Of a stretch of 64,000 nt of DNA, positions 38,301-47,096 are shown in pieces. Made by a program: the position numbers and the translations under genes. The notes under the pieces are model-generated. The model searched no databases, had not been told where the DNA came from, and saw only the letters and a program-made list of their open reading frames with translations. The stretch is from a virus (taxonomy: Duplodnaviria > Caudoviricetes), in the IMG/VR virus record IMGVR_UViG_3300028048_003204, positions 3,454 to 67,453 of that record; one strand, given 5' to 3'. Position 1 is the stretch's first letter. Each line of letters opens with the position of its first letter.

Positions 38301-39007
38301 ACATATCTTAATTCATTATATGAATTTTCATATAAGTTATTGACTCTTTTCCAAGAAGCGTAATTTTCCTGGTTGGTGTTCTTTATAAATACTCCATTTT
38401 GAGATACATAAGAATGTGGAAAATATAATCTTCTTGATATTGGATCTACCATTTGGGTAGTAATAACAGTCTCATTTTCAAATTGATATTGAACTGGAGT
38501 ACCTTCCATTGCTATAACTGTTACTGCGTTACCATCAGCAGGTAATATTGTATCAGATACTATTACACCATCAGTACCTTCAGCACCAATTAAAGAATAA
38601 ATGTGGCTTGATTCTGAATCTGTTATTGCTGTAAATTTAGGTATAGTATAAGATACAGAACTATCATTAGTTTCTCCTACCCAGCTTAATAACACTGGAA
38701 CAGAAGCACTTTCATACCAATTCATATAGTAACCGAGTTGATCATACAGTTGTCTGGCATTACCATTCTGAGTAACAGAAAGTGGGAATGTTTCTAAAAT
38801 ATTCTTATCAATATTATAGTTGCATTTATCTGCAATTAATGAAGATAGTTTTACTAAAACAACACCTGGGTCAGATTCGTCTGATATAGAAGGATCCCAT
38901 CTATAAGTAAGTTGCTTAATTAAATCTATTACTTCAGTATAAATTGAAGAGAAATCTAAATTGGTATAAGAAATTTTTTGATTTTCATTAACAATGTCTT
39001 GTGCCAT
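32330..39007 (-). CDS. Giant gp6/baseplate-J-like wedge protein (2225 aa) with inserted repeats
   Basis: SYTNLDFSSI...W...DESDPGVVLV...ETFP, ESINDA...TLITLRDY; internal CBM5/12-like and Tyr-rich repeats. Confidence 0.8.
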   Translation of the reverse strand: MAQDIVNENQKISYTNLDFSSIYTEVIDLIKQLTYRWDPSISDESDPGVVLVKLSSLIADKCNYNIDKNILETFPLSVTQNGNARQLYDQLGYYMNWYESASVPVLLSWVGETNDSSVSYTIPKFTAITDSESSHIYSLIGAEGTDGVIVSDTILPADGNAVTVIAMEGTPVQYQFENETVITTQMVDPISRRLYFPHSYVSQNGVFIKNTNQENYASWKRVNNLYENSYNELRYVFGYDSNTDTCFLEFPDNYSELFGSGIEITYLVVPQETINIPAQALNSFLAPIAVGGDAGIVLDSSNVKIVNYVAASGHKDIESINDAYINYKRTVGTFKTLITLRDYLNYIRSQELDICSNAFVCDRTNDIQSTYKIMSSNHDLDTIIVKVEQLLDKTTLESTFDYKFVKTSDININPLKTYYTISNNNTLSEVTTPVLNDLSTYYELSSVEPKYVDALSPFSLKFYLLRKAIALNSKTAYNQTFSMMKTYPEFDSLLEGTSHLEHTYEDILPLGENTYIKSNDDMWYDNKSYWLYDSEEDIYELISDTSVFDGTPASLSNVYNIDVEALLPHTVMFKGVYPVTLNISTYNVLDEDTQADISSSIISSLYSNVNSSQVGFGLPISIDYLVEIAKNSDDRIKNVTIDPVEYSLFATYYDKNENMYIDVELNSDMDSLTPISQRSISDIISALMKKDIICKSILAGTTQLLVPDDTFIYHLSQKYLDYIDGISNITGEAIIDVQNDSVTSYSLDNENSFIRKAYTLKDNEVVSIYRPKFNATKTFPNNVHFEYVLYNDIPADSSYKLNSNEYFILYNPIKDDDATTIIGYTVYACSAGAIIHSTFDITKQTSLSALSGFARARVVTYFSVNPTKNYYELSTYNENYKTEIRNSSAIINNAISGTNEIQIQEVSTITLDREDKYKFFWILNEPTYSNNSNLKSYTLFDNFDSVNDNNSSEVINTYTLRNGEALFYTNESATDFAMLGPGTTLIRNCGVESSIYTEIENSIYYVAVDDISHILLDGDFSWLTDENNQIRPFANGLYEVSSAELQTLGSDDNPLAKNLYEQVIHDDTTISYIPTFNTEPQDGVDYYKLTFIRTLDTALVSGKYYYVLVMRKEAGWYIKSTVTDDNGVDREIYVSDEIETGCFKEVNLYTSAELYNPKELGLYEILTSGTGTKFIDQYALNDNVAATKQNRYTSTEDTSIINRNILADTKYSGINLIDISTYTTIDMSEMITSSPETLGLLTPIYKKYYTTASHTEEVPVSYLSNPNAEGLWAYEYNSITGTYEYMLTSDTTPKVESVNKSLSVELLKEKDTLFTNNLNNSGYYYKPSSINSTYYYNNNLGSKLPTTVYSNISGYSPSFLDAGTVLTEYEGSYNRSPLSYLFYWFSNTSAQTDSSLEESTKRLSQIAANWATAISYQKPYMEVPLWDSNSIYKYDDVVAYSPSSEQPALSYKCIVSQASSTWNYDEWVRVDTSWATFKFKTHTDPHTIPSDDSNSYLISSIRDASAIPEWSSDETYEYGAVVLYTIDANTNAYMCIVDQASSTWDSEEWKEIDTSTDNKYIKVAGNTIIDKSIIIGNIYPILDEGPDSTGTNAWFFIPAAFLNNFADADLVDPINYYILDVDTSVTPNVPSFIYLDNDLKLSRLFPNSKNGVSNYGIVHIFFIPKLYEFNDFVRYTYKNYYEPKVLYNRNCGEIKAWTCTALDNDYIYKDPIKNIGDLWTSLQTNTSLTLIENEIQSFSSGDTLIFEADETSEAYVSWPVFSNTETVLDLDSYKVSYQRVGEDIKDIETVAVDDYKWRGYSSLMLNTSSTSGQKLEYNHTLKLYDSDVAEEPIATLDGSSHNNITFQLKYPVENKIGTFIDVSTVDMLGEDILNKLYAFTPFTNGSYYAYDTSNYKTYLYFNQDENEGSNPTTYSPSTIDLPIGLPSGNYLLGMNMKDDINLTINMINMLEGISSGGSGVNGYIDYPAIASNIAYGDMKYTFDTNYNTYLHSYVDTSRTVFTGDKYDYIYLSISSEYNKIKLPSLVSYLFGKSPYALGWYIKLDNDYIKCDSSYTSVGSSLLEAIPFNEDTRSLSPVEEGWYEYILDNGYWFYELSTDAVMADANTKTYYKEPDLYVSISDVNSYLRFTIDDNKAPRTYTILDVFKYNQNPAFGSEFDTVLEKIKALDTDEQFNYMFKPSANDLIENPLDPKSFWNSNHVYNSFIIPQLNFDELNCRYITTKMNR

Positions 39008-39019
39008 TTAATTTATTCC

Positions 39020-39394
39020 TTAATTTTCATCAGTATTAAGTAATTCTATCTTTAATAAATCAGAAACAACACCTAAATCATTTTTAGCTTTAATTGTAAC
39101 TGACACGAAAGTATCTTGAACAAAAACTTCTATATAATCTCTGTCTATAGTTGTTTGTGGCATATAAGATAATATAGCTTCATATATGTCATCTTTTACA
39201 AGCTCTTTCATAATATCATCAGCAGCTTGATCAAATAATATATGTTTAATATTAGTACCAAAATGTGGATCTCCAAATAATCCACCCCTATTAGCATACA
39301 ATAAATTTCTTAGATTACTTTTTACAGCATCATAATCTTTATATAAATTTACTGTAGAACCATTAAACATATTTGGAAATGCAAGTGAATACAT
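39020..39394 (-). CDS. gp25/GPW-like baseplate wedge protein
   Basis: AVKSNLRNLLYANRGGLFGDPHFGTNI. Confidence 0.85.
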   Translation of the reverse strand: MYSLAFPNMFNGSTVNLYKDYDAVKSNLRNLLYANRGGLFGDPHFGTNIKHILFDQAADDIMKELVKDDIYEAILSYMPQTTIDRDYIEVFVQDTFVSVTIKAKNDLGVVSDLLKIELLNTDEN

Positions 39395-39529
39395 TAATTT
39401 TCCCCTAAATACAAGGGATAAAATTCAATACATTGAATTTCAACCCATTGGATCTTATTATAATAAAATATATACTAATAAATATATAAATATTAAGTAT
39501 TTATATGTTAAGCAGCTATGCTGCTAGTA

Positions 39530-41647
39530 CTATAATTTACTTAATATAAGTAATAACAATTTTGAAAGGTCTATATTATCAACTGTATATAGACTATCCA
39601 TTTCTTCAGATGTTATGTTACCAGTATCTAATAATTGTAATGCATATGGACCATAGGTATCCTCAGGATCTGTTGGTTCATCATGTAGTAAGAAATTATT
39701 AGAAAAAGCTAAACCATTTATCCATAATTCATCTTCTGTATGTACTAGTTTTTCTTCATTTGTATAATCTGGTGCTTCATCAAAGAAAGCTATAGCATCT
39801 CCATTATAATTAATATCCCTTACCAATTTAGGTGGTGATATAATTAATAATACATCTTCTATGGTTTTACCAAAACTATCTTTAATACCAGAAACATTTA
39901 ACATATAACTTGTAGTAGCATAATCTACAAGAATACCACCAGGCTGACCTGTTGTTTTAAATATTAAATAAAAGTCTTGTGTGTTTAAATTAGTATTATA
40001 ATCTGATTTATATAGTACTGGATTTAAATTTATATCTATCGGTGTAGTGTCATCAGATTGTAACGAATAAGAAATATTAGAAACATCTAATGCTACACCA
40101 TAATTACCAGCAGAAGTCCTAAATTTTGTAGCCATAACTACATTTTCATCAGAAATTGATGTTTGTATAGAAGCAACTTGGTTGGTAAGATATAAATAGT
40201 AATCCTGCTGTGTAATTACATCAGGAACATATTCATATGAAGAATATAATTTAGATATAACACTTGGAGTATTATCTATGTAAATAGGATATAAATATAC
40301 ATCAGCTTCTACATTTTCTATTGTAGACCCCGCTGTTAAAAAACCCTTATTTACTAAATATTTTTCATAATTGTGAGGTACTACACCAGTAGGGAATGTT
40401 ATACCAAATTCTGTATATGTAATGTCATTTGGTTTTCCATATGACCAATATCCTGAAAATGTGTAATTATCTAAATTTGGTAATGCTATATTTGGTATTT
40501 CATAATCATAATTAATATGTACACTATCAGAATAATACAAAGAATATGTATTTGTTTTATCGAAAACATTTTCTACTGTATTTCTATAATAGTATATAGG
40601 TATGAATATGTCTCCCCAAACGGCATAATAAGTCATACCTGAAGCAATTTTCCAAGTTATAGAATCCCCTGCAAGATACTGAGGTTCTCCAGCATCTGGT
40701 GTCGTTGCCCAACCTTTAAATTCATATCCCGTCTTTTTAAGATCTTGCGGGGCTGCAGGAAATACAAATGCGCTATCATAAGTGGCTTCTATGTCTGTTG
40801 GAGGAGAACCTGATGTATTACCATTTCCATTAAATGATACAGTATATTTATTTGCTGACCATTGTGCATATAGGGAAAGCGTAGAAGGTGGTATTTGATT
40901 AACTGGTTTTATAATATCTTCAGCATTATATCTGGTACCACCGCCACTACTATCAGTAGCCCAACCATTAAAAGTATAACCAGAGGCAGACATATTAATG
41001 GCTGTAGTAACTGCTGAATATCGCATAGCCACGCTATATGAAGAATTACCACTAACTGGAAATGTACCATGACCATTATTAAAATATGTTAATGTTCCGG
41101 TTTTTTCAGACCAAACAGCTGTCATGGTAGTGGAGGTGTCATAATAATAAACACTACCAGGAGCATAGTTGCCACCATATCCAGACCAATATGCAAAATT
41201 ATAGCCCGTTCTGGTAGGTACGTACCCATATAAAGTTAAACCACTATCATAGTATTTTGTCTGCGTTGGAAAAGAACCAGAACCACCATTCGTATCATAG
41301 TAAACATAATAATATCTTGGTATGGCTGTTAATGTTATAGATTTACTCTTGGAAAGATTACCAGCAGAAACACCCGTTTTATAATACCCAGTTACTGATA
41401 CCGTTTTAGTACCATCTGCATTATGAGCTACTGTCTTAGATTTTGTAGCAAGTGTTGTGGTCTTCCCTTTAGCAAACGAACTTGAAAAAGTATATTTAGT
41501 GCCATCTATTGTAATATAACCACTTTGCTTATAGCCATTCCAAGTTGAGCCCGTAGCAGTTATTTTTAACGTAGCGGTAACTACTGAAGTATTCGCATTA
41601 TAATCTACTTTACTTTCCGAAACTGATAAACTTAAGGAAGCACCCAT
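39530..41647 (-). CDS. Tail protein: DUF859-like N-terminal domain + InlB B-repeats (Listeria-Bacteroides repeats)
   Basis: HNADGTKTVSV...ITLTAIPR; repeats Y.V.(Y/F)..NG...R/KTGY.F.GW...LYAQW. Confidence 0.75.
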   Translation of the reverse strand: MGASLSLSVSESKVDYNANTSVVTATLKITATGSTWNGYKQSGYITIDGTKYTFSSSFAKGKTTTLATKSKTVAHNADGTKTVSVTGYYKTGVSAGNLSKSKSITLTAIPRYYYVYYDTNGGSGSFPTQTKYYDSGLTLYGYVPTRTGYNFAYWSGYGGNYAPGSVYYYDTSTTMTAVWSEKTGTLTYFNNGHGTFPVSGNSSYSVAMRYSAVTTAINMSASGYTFNGWATDSSGGGTRYNAEDIIKPVNQIPPSTLSLYAQWSANKYTVSFNGNGNTSGSPPTDIEATYDSAFVFPAAPQDLKKTGYEFKGWATTPDAGEPQYLAGDSITWKIASGMTYYAVWGDIFIPIYYYRNTVENVFDKTNTYSLYYSDSVHINYDYEIPNIALPNLDNYTFSGYWSYGKPNDITYTEFGITFPTGVVPHNYEKYLVNKGFLTAGSTIENVEADVYLYPIYIDNTPSVISKLYSSYEYVPDVITQQDYYLYLTNQVASIQTSISDENVVMATKFRTSAGNYGVALDVSNISYSLQSDDTTPIDINLNPVLYKSDYNTNLNTQDFYLIFKTTGQPGGILVDYATTSYMLNVSGIKDSFGKTIEDVLLIISPPKLVRDINYNGDAIAFFDEAPDYTNEEKLVHTEDELWINGLAFSNNFLLHDEPTDPEDTYGPYALQLLDTGNITSEEMDSLYTVDNIDLSKLLLLILSKL

Positions 41648-41650
41648 TTA

Positions 41651-42802
41651 TTAACGAACCCTTTTCCTTCTTGACAACGCTAAATGTCCTTTTTCATTAT
41701 ATGAATCTGAAAACACAGAATCTGCAGATACATTTGTATGCTCTAAATCTCTAAGTGTAAAATTATCAGCATTATTGTCTATATACATAGTATTATTAAT
41801 ACTTAGATAAATACTCTTATTTTCTGAACCATGTATGTGAATTGCATCTTTTTCTACCCTTACACCATCAAGCAAGCCAGTACTATCTGTATCTCTAATG
41901 GCACCAGAATATGTATACCCATATAAAGCTTTTTCATTACGCTCTATACGAGGTAATAAAGAATTTTCTAATTCACTTACAAGATAATAAATTGTTCTAT
42001 AAAATGATGACCACGAATAAGAAGAAGGTGTTAACGGGGGTATCGGGTCTGTAGAAACACAAATACCTAAATAGTCTCCATATACACTACCTATTGTATT
42101 CTTATCTGTTGTTAAAACTATATGGTAATTATCATAGTCTGATACTTGCAATATTCTAAAGGACAATTTTAAATTATTTAAACCTCTAAATTTTAAAGGT
42201 ATATTTATAAGAGGCTCTGTAAAACTTTCTACTAATGCTGAGTTATCATCTGTAGATAATATTGTAGTTATATTCATTGTAGAAGTAACATCAACACCTT
42301 CAGAATTAATAACAGACCAATATATCACAGTAGAGTTTGGGTCTATAACTATATCACTAGCACCTCTATATGTATTTTGGCTAGTTGATAATGTATTTAC
42401 ATCTGTGTATTCATATAAAGATGTAAATGTTATACCATTATCATTAGAATATTTTATATGAGTATATAAATTATTATCTCTTAATACTGAGATTTCATTT
42501 TCTAATTTATCTAATAATTCTTGTATAGAGGGAACACTAAATTGTTCAGAATCTGTGAGCCCTTGTCTATATAAAAGTCCTAATATTATTGGTTTATTTA
42601 ATTCTTCATTTTCAAATCCAATAAGAACTATATCACCTATTGCAAATGAAACCTTAGTGCTAGGTATAGAACATACTATAGCACTTGATAAATCTTCAGT
42701 AGATACAGCACCAGGAGTAGTAATTAATTTATCATACCTCGGTATTCTTACTTTATATTCATATGCAGATATAATAGCTTCAATTATACCTTTTTGTATC
42801 AT
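41651..42802 (-). CDS. Central spike, gp5/VgrG-like OB-fold N-terminus
   Basis: YKVRIP...IGDIVLIGFENEELNKPIILG. Confidence 0.7.
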   Translation of the reverse strand: MIQKGIIEAIISAYEYKVRIPRYDKLITTPGAVSTEDLSSAIVCSIPSTKVSFAIGDIVLIGFENEELNKPIILGLLYRQGLTDSEQFSVPSIQELLDKLENEISVLRDNNLYTHIKYSNDNGITFTSLYEYTDVNTLSTSQNTYRGASDIVIDPNSTVIYWSVINSEGVDVTSTMNITTILSTDDNSALVESFTEPLINIPLKFRGLNNLKLSFRILQVSDYDNYHIVLTTDKNTIGSVYGDYLGICVSTDPIPPLTPSSYSWSSFYRTIYYLVSELENSLLPRIERNEKALYGYTYSGAIRDTDSTGLLDGVRVEKDAIHIHGSENKSIYLSINNTMYIDNNADNFTLRDLEHTNVSADSVFSDSYNEKGHLALSRRKRVR

Positions 42803-45036
42803 GTTCTTACTCTCCCGTCAACTATTAAGTGCTGTTTTGCACCTGCCACTCTTAATAATGACAATGTTGTTTGAAATCCTGAACCACTCAAAGTATCTGT
42901 TTGACCAGTTACAATATATATTCCACTATTTATTCTATCACTACCATAATATATACAATTAATTTTTATATATGTCAACAGTAATAGCGGAGATAATAAA
43001 CCTCTGCAAGTTAATGTAGCTGAAATTGGAAATTCTGTTACTTGAGTCCACCAGTTAGAATTTATGTTTGACATCATTTGGCTGGAATAATCAAGTAAAT
43101 TAGTAGAATTAGTATTAAACCTTTTTAAATCTCCTTGATTAGTAATTTCATAGTTATAATTTGAAACACCACTACCATATTCATAAGCAATAGGCCAACT
43201 ATAATTAGTATTTACATTAAAATTAAATACTTGATTATCATCAGGGAAATTTATATTCACTTCATATAAAGAAGAATCATAAATGTAATTAGTTGAAATT
43301 TCATTTATATTAAAATAACCATCTTCTATAGTTAATATGTAGTTAGAATCAACAATATCACTAGTTATATTTTTCATCATGGAAACTAAATTTTTTAAAT
43401 ATGAAACTACATTTACATTTTTAAATTCTTCTACATTAACTACCATATCATCATTAGGAATTAAATTATTCTTCTCTACAAAATTCCTATCACGCATAGC
43501 AGGAAATGCATTTAATAAGTCCTCATTAGCATCATTATATAATAAATCTCTTATAATATTAGAGGGTTTATCTTCTACACTGCTAAATGTCCTTTTATGT
43601 GAAGCAATAGCAATAGCAGAACTAGTTGCTCTTATTACATAATTTATTTTACAATTTACAAAATCAAAACCAACACTAACTCCGATAAGAAGAGCATTAT
43701 TATCATTAAAAATTATATTACTATTGGCATCTCCATATCTAATGCTGATTTTATCATACCCGTTTTTTGATAATAATTCATCTATAAAATTTGGATTGCT
43801 ACCAGGACTTACTTGATGTACAAGATTTATAGTATATTCATTCATAGAACCATTTGTTTTAACTATAGACATACTATCAATATAATTTGGATATCTATCA
43901 AATTTTTTAGATTTATCATATGCTCCAAATGTATATTCACCTATAGTTAATTCTATAAATGGTGCTTCAACTGGATTTAATGCAGTAGGTAATGCCGGAC
44001 CAAATACTTCTCCATCAATCTTAGTTTTTCTTAATCTAGAAGAATCATTAGCACTAGAAGTTGTTAATGCTTCAGAAATAGCTTTTGTATCTAGTATGGG
44101 TGTAAAGCCAGTTTCAGACCACTTGTTTAAAGTATCTCTTAAAGCATTTCTGAATTTTATAGAAGATTCACTTTCATTAAAATCCAGAGTTAAATATTCA
44201 TAATTATCAGATCTATATAATTTATCAGGGCTTACAGCTAACCCCATTGAATTAGCTGTAGCTGCAGTTGCAGCACCTTCAGCACATACAAGATTAAATA
44301 TGTTAGTAGTTTTAACTATTTTTCTGTCTAGTGCAAATATGATATGCATATTCCCACTTGCATCAACAGCTACACTTTCTAACTCACCATAATCTGAATA
44401 ATATGATTTTAAATATTCACCACTAGCTGCATTATAACAATCAATAAAACTTCTTTGAACTTTGCCCTTTTTAGAGGATTCAAATGATCGGCAAACCATA
44501 ACAACGCCATTATGCCCACCTACATCTTGATTATCTCTATTATCGTTGGTCCAGTTTTTAGTAAATGATGAAATATATGAACCACTTTCTCCACCTTTTG
44601 ATAAAGCATCAAATGGATAAACATATATTTTTGAACCTGCAGAAACATAGAATTGATCAGTCACACTATCATAAGCTATACCAGTAGCATTTGTCTTCAA
44701 AGTAATTGTAAATGCAGTTTTAAAATCAGAAGGTTTTGTAACTATAATTTTTTTAGCATTACTACCCGCATTATAAGCAGTACTATAAATATAGCCATTT
44801 TTACTACAATATGTAGCACCATTAGCGTGGCCAGTACTAATTTTTTTACCTAGGCTTGAATATGAATTGGCACTACATAACATTACAATATTAGGCGATG
44901 ATCCTGAACATATTACATATCTCTTGTTAGCATCAACAAGAGCTAATGATTGTGGAGTATAACCATCTCTGCCAGCAGGGTTAGGTAAACTGATTGTTTT
45001 ACTATATTCAAGTTTTTCAAGTTTTCTATTAGCCAT
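42799..45036 (-). CDS. Baseplate hub paralogue A: N-terminal beta-propeller (receptor-binding candidate) + hub domain
   Basis: GHANGATY, TGIAYD, ELESVAVD; shared C-terminal module ending TTLSLLRVAG. Confidence 0.7.
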   Translation of the reverse strand: MANRKLEKLEYSKTISLPNPAGRDGYTPQSLALVDANKRYVICSGSSPNIVMLCSANSYSSLGKKISTGHANGATYCSKNGYIYSTAYNAGSNAKKIIVTKPSDFKTAFTITLKTNATGIAYDSVTDQFYVSAGSKIYVYPFDALSKGGESGSYISSFTKNWTNDNRDNQDVGGHNGVVMVCRSFESSKKGKVQRSFIDCYNAASGEYLKSYYSDYGELESVAVDASGNMHIIFALDRKIVKTTNIFNLVCAEGAATAATANSMGLAVSPDKLYRSDNYEYLTLDFNESESSIKFRNALRDTLNKWSETGFTPILDTKAISEALTTSSANDSSRLRKTKIDGEVFGPALPTALNPVEAPFIELTIGEYTFGAYDKSKKFDRYPNYIDSMSIVKTNGSMNEYTINLVHQVSPGSNPNFIDELLSKNGYDKISIRYGDANSNIIFNDNNALLIGVSVGFDFVNCKINYVIRATSSAIAIASHKRTFSSVEDKPSNIIRDLLYNDANEDLLNAFPAMRDRNFVEKNNLIPNDDMVVNVEEFKNVNVVSYLKNLVSMMKNITSDIVDSNYILTIEDGYFNINEISTNYIYDSSLYEVNINFPDDNQVFNFNVNTNYSWPIAYEYGSGVSNYNYEITNQGDLKRFNTNSTNLLDYSSQMMSNINSNWWTQVTEFPISATLTCRGLLSPLLLLTYIKINCIYYGSDRINSGIYIVTGQTDTLSGSGFQTTLSLLRVAGAKQHLIVDGRVRT

Positions 45037-47096
45037 TATTCTCCAGCCACTCTCAATAAGGTTAATTCAGTAGTATACCCAGAACCAGATATTGAATCTT
45101 CTTGTGCAGTAACTACATATAAACCACTTGCCATATCTCTTTCACCATAAAATAGTGCATTTACTTTTATATATGACATTAGCATAGCAGGGTTAATTAA
45201 ACCCTTAATAGTTACTTTGGCAGATATAGGGAATTCTGTTACCTGTTTCCACCAATTCGAGTTTATTAAACTAGTTTCTCCAAACTTATTTCTTCTATAT
45301 AAGATATTTGTTTTTCTTTCTATTAAATCTCCATTATCATCTATACCATACTCAAATTTTGGTATATCTCCTGTATAATCATATACTAAAGACCAATAAT
45401 TATTATTACAAATCTGAAAATTTGTTATATAATTATTTGAAGGAAACCCAATATCTAATTCATAATAATTTGAATTTATCTCTTTATTATTATTTTGATC
45501 ATTATAGCTTATAACTTCATTTATTTTAAAATATGAACCATTAAAGTCACTATAAGAATTATCTACTATAGTTAAATAATATGTAGATTTATTTATAGTA
45601 TTATTCATACAAGCTACTAAATATGATAAATAGGTTAATGGACTTACATTTTCCATACCTCCTATATTTATCATACTATCATTTATTGGTATTAAATTTT
45701 TACTAGCAACCAAAGTTTTATTACGCATACCTGGAAATATTGAAAGTAAACTTTTACTTATATCTCCAGAATTATATAATAAATCATATATTGCTGTTGA
45801 AGGTTTAGCATATCGACTTTCATATGTAGTTAACGAAGTTGCTGATACACCAATAGAAGAAATAGCAGTTATAGAATAATTTATTCTATAAGCACTAATA
45901 TCTTCTGAATGTGTGGCATTCATTATTACAGCTGATTCTTCTCTGTAATAGCCACTTGGGAAATTAGAATCACCATATAATATTTTAAGAGGATTTGTAT
46001 AACCAGTCCTTGATATTAATTTATCTATGAAGTTTGGATCTTCGCCAAACCTCACTTGATATGATAAATTAATTGTATATTGATTTATTCTACCATTAAT
46101 TTTTTTAACAGACATTGAGGTTATGTAATTTGGATATTTATCTCCAGTATTTCCATAACCACCTATTTTAGTTCCATTAAAATCTAGTACTATTGTTGGT
46201 GCTTCTACAAGTGTTGGATATGATAATAAATTTGTAGCTTTGCCAGTTAAAATTTTCTTAGGTTTATCTTTTTCAAAATCCGCTAATTCAACTTGCTGTG
46301 TAACTAAAGGTTCCTTATATGCGCCAGTAGTAACTGTAGCAGTTTCAAAATTAGTCTTAGCAAGTGCTAATTTTAGATCATCTCTAAATCTTGAAATTTT
46401 ATTAGCTACTTCATCTTCTTCTTGTTGTGCTATATATCTATAATTGTTAGATGAATATAGAGTGGTTATGGCTTGACGCATATCAATACCAGTACCAGCA
46501 TCTTCTGAAGCAATAGAAGTGCCATCTGGTAATTGCATTTCTCCACCACCATTACCTATATATCTATGCACCCGTTTAAAGCCATTATATCTAGAATCTG
46601 ACATAGTTTTTACTGAAATGGACTTATTCCATCTACTTGAGCCTGGTACATTATCATCTCCACCACCACCGGCTTCAGCTAACTTGCCATTTCCTATATA
46701 AAGGGCTACGTGATTATCTTTACATAGTACATCACCCTTTTGTAATGCACTCTTAGCGGGATGCCCTAGATTTTTAAATAGCGGAGATGAATCATACCCT
46801 TTACCCTTATGGAAATCATATGAAGAACCCTTTTGGCATATTTTAAGCATAACGGGTTCTCCACCACCATGTGAAAAAGCAGCGTGTACAAACGGGTTGC
46901 AACAATAGGTAAACTCATAATTTTTTATACCAGTTTTAGCTCTGCCACCTTTTTGTGTATTTGTACCACAAAAATAGCAGCCATTATGATGAGCCGGTTT
47001 ACCATAGCCATAATGGAATCTATTATCATTTGCTATAGCCTCAGCCCAGGCACAAGCTCCATTTATTACATCTTGAGCACAAGTAGAAACTGCCAT
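45036..47096 (-). CDS. Baseplate hub paralogue B: NlpC/P60-like peptidase + hub domain
   Basis: YCCNPFV, LQKGDVL..NHVALYIGNG; shared C-terminal module. Confidence 0.75.
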   Translation of the reverse strand: MAVSTCAQDVINGACAWAEAIANDNRFHYGYGKPAHHNGCYFCGTNTQKGGRAKTGIKNYEFTYCCNPFVHAAFSHGGGEPVMLKICQKGSSYDFHKGKGYDSSPLFKNLGHPAKSALQKGDVLCKDNHVALYIGNGKLAEAGGGGDDNVPGSSRWNKSISVKTMSDSRYNGFKRVHRYIGNGGGEMQLPDGTSIASEDAGTGIDMRQAITTLYSSNNYRYIAQQEEDEVANKISRFRDDLKLALAKTNFETATVTTGAYKEPLVTQQVELADFEKDKPKKILTGKATNLLSYPTLVEAPTIVLDFNGTKIGGYGNTGDKYPNYITSMSVKKINGRINQYTINLSYQVRFGEDPNFIDKLISRTGYTNPLKILYGDSNFPSGYYREESAVIMNATHSEDISAYRINYSITAISSIGVSATSLTTYESRYAKPSTAIYDLLYNSGDISKSLLSIFPGMRNKTLVASKNLIPINDSMINIGGMENVSPLTYLSYLVACMNNTINKSTYYLTIVDNSYSDFNGSYFKINEVISYNDQNNNKEINSNYYELDIGFPSNNYITNFQICNNNYWSLVYDYTGDIPKFEYGIDDNGDLIERKTNILYRRNKFGETSLINSNWWKQVTEFPISAKVTIKGLINPAMLMSYIKVNALFYGERDMASGLYVVTAQEDSISGSGYTTELTLLRVAGE

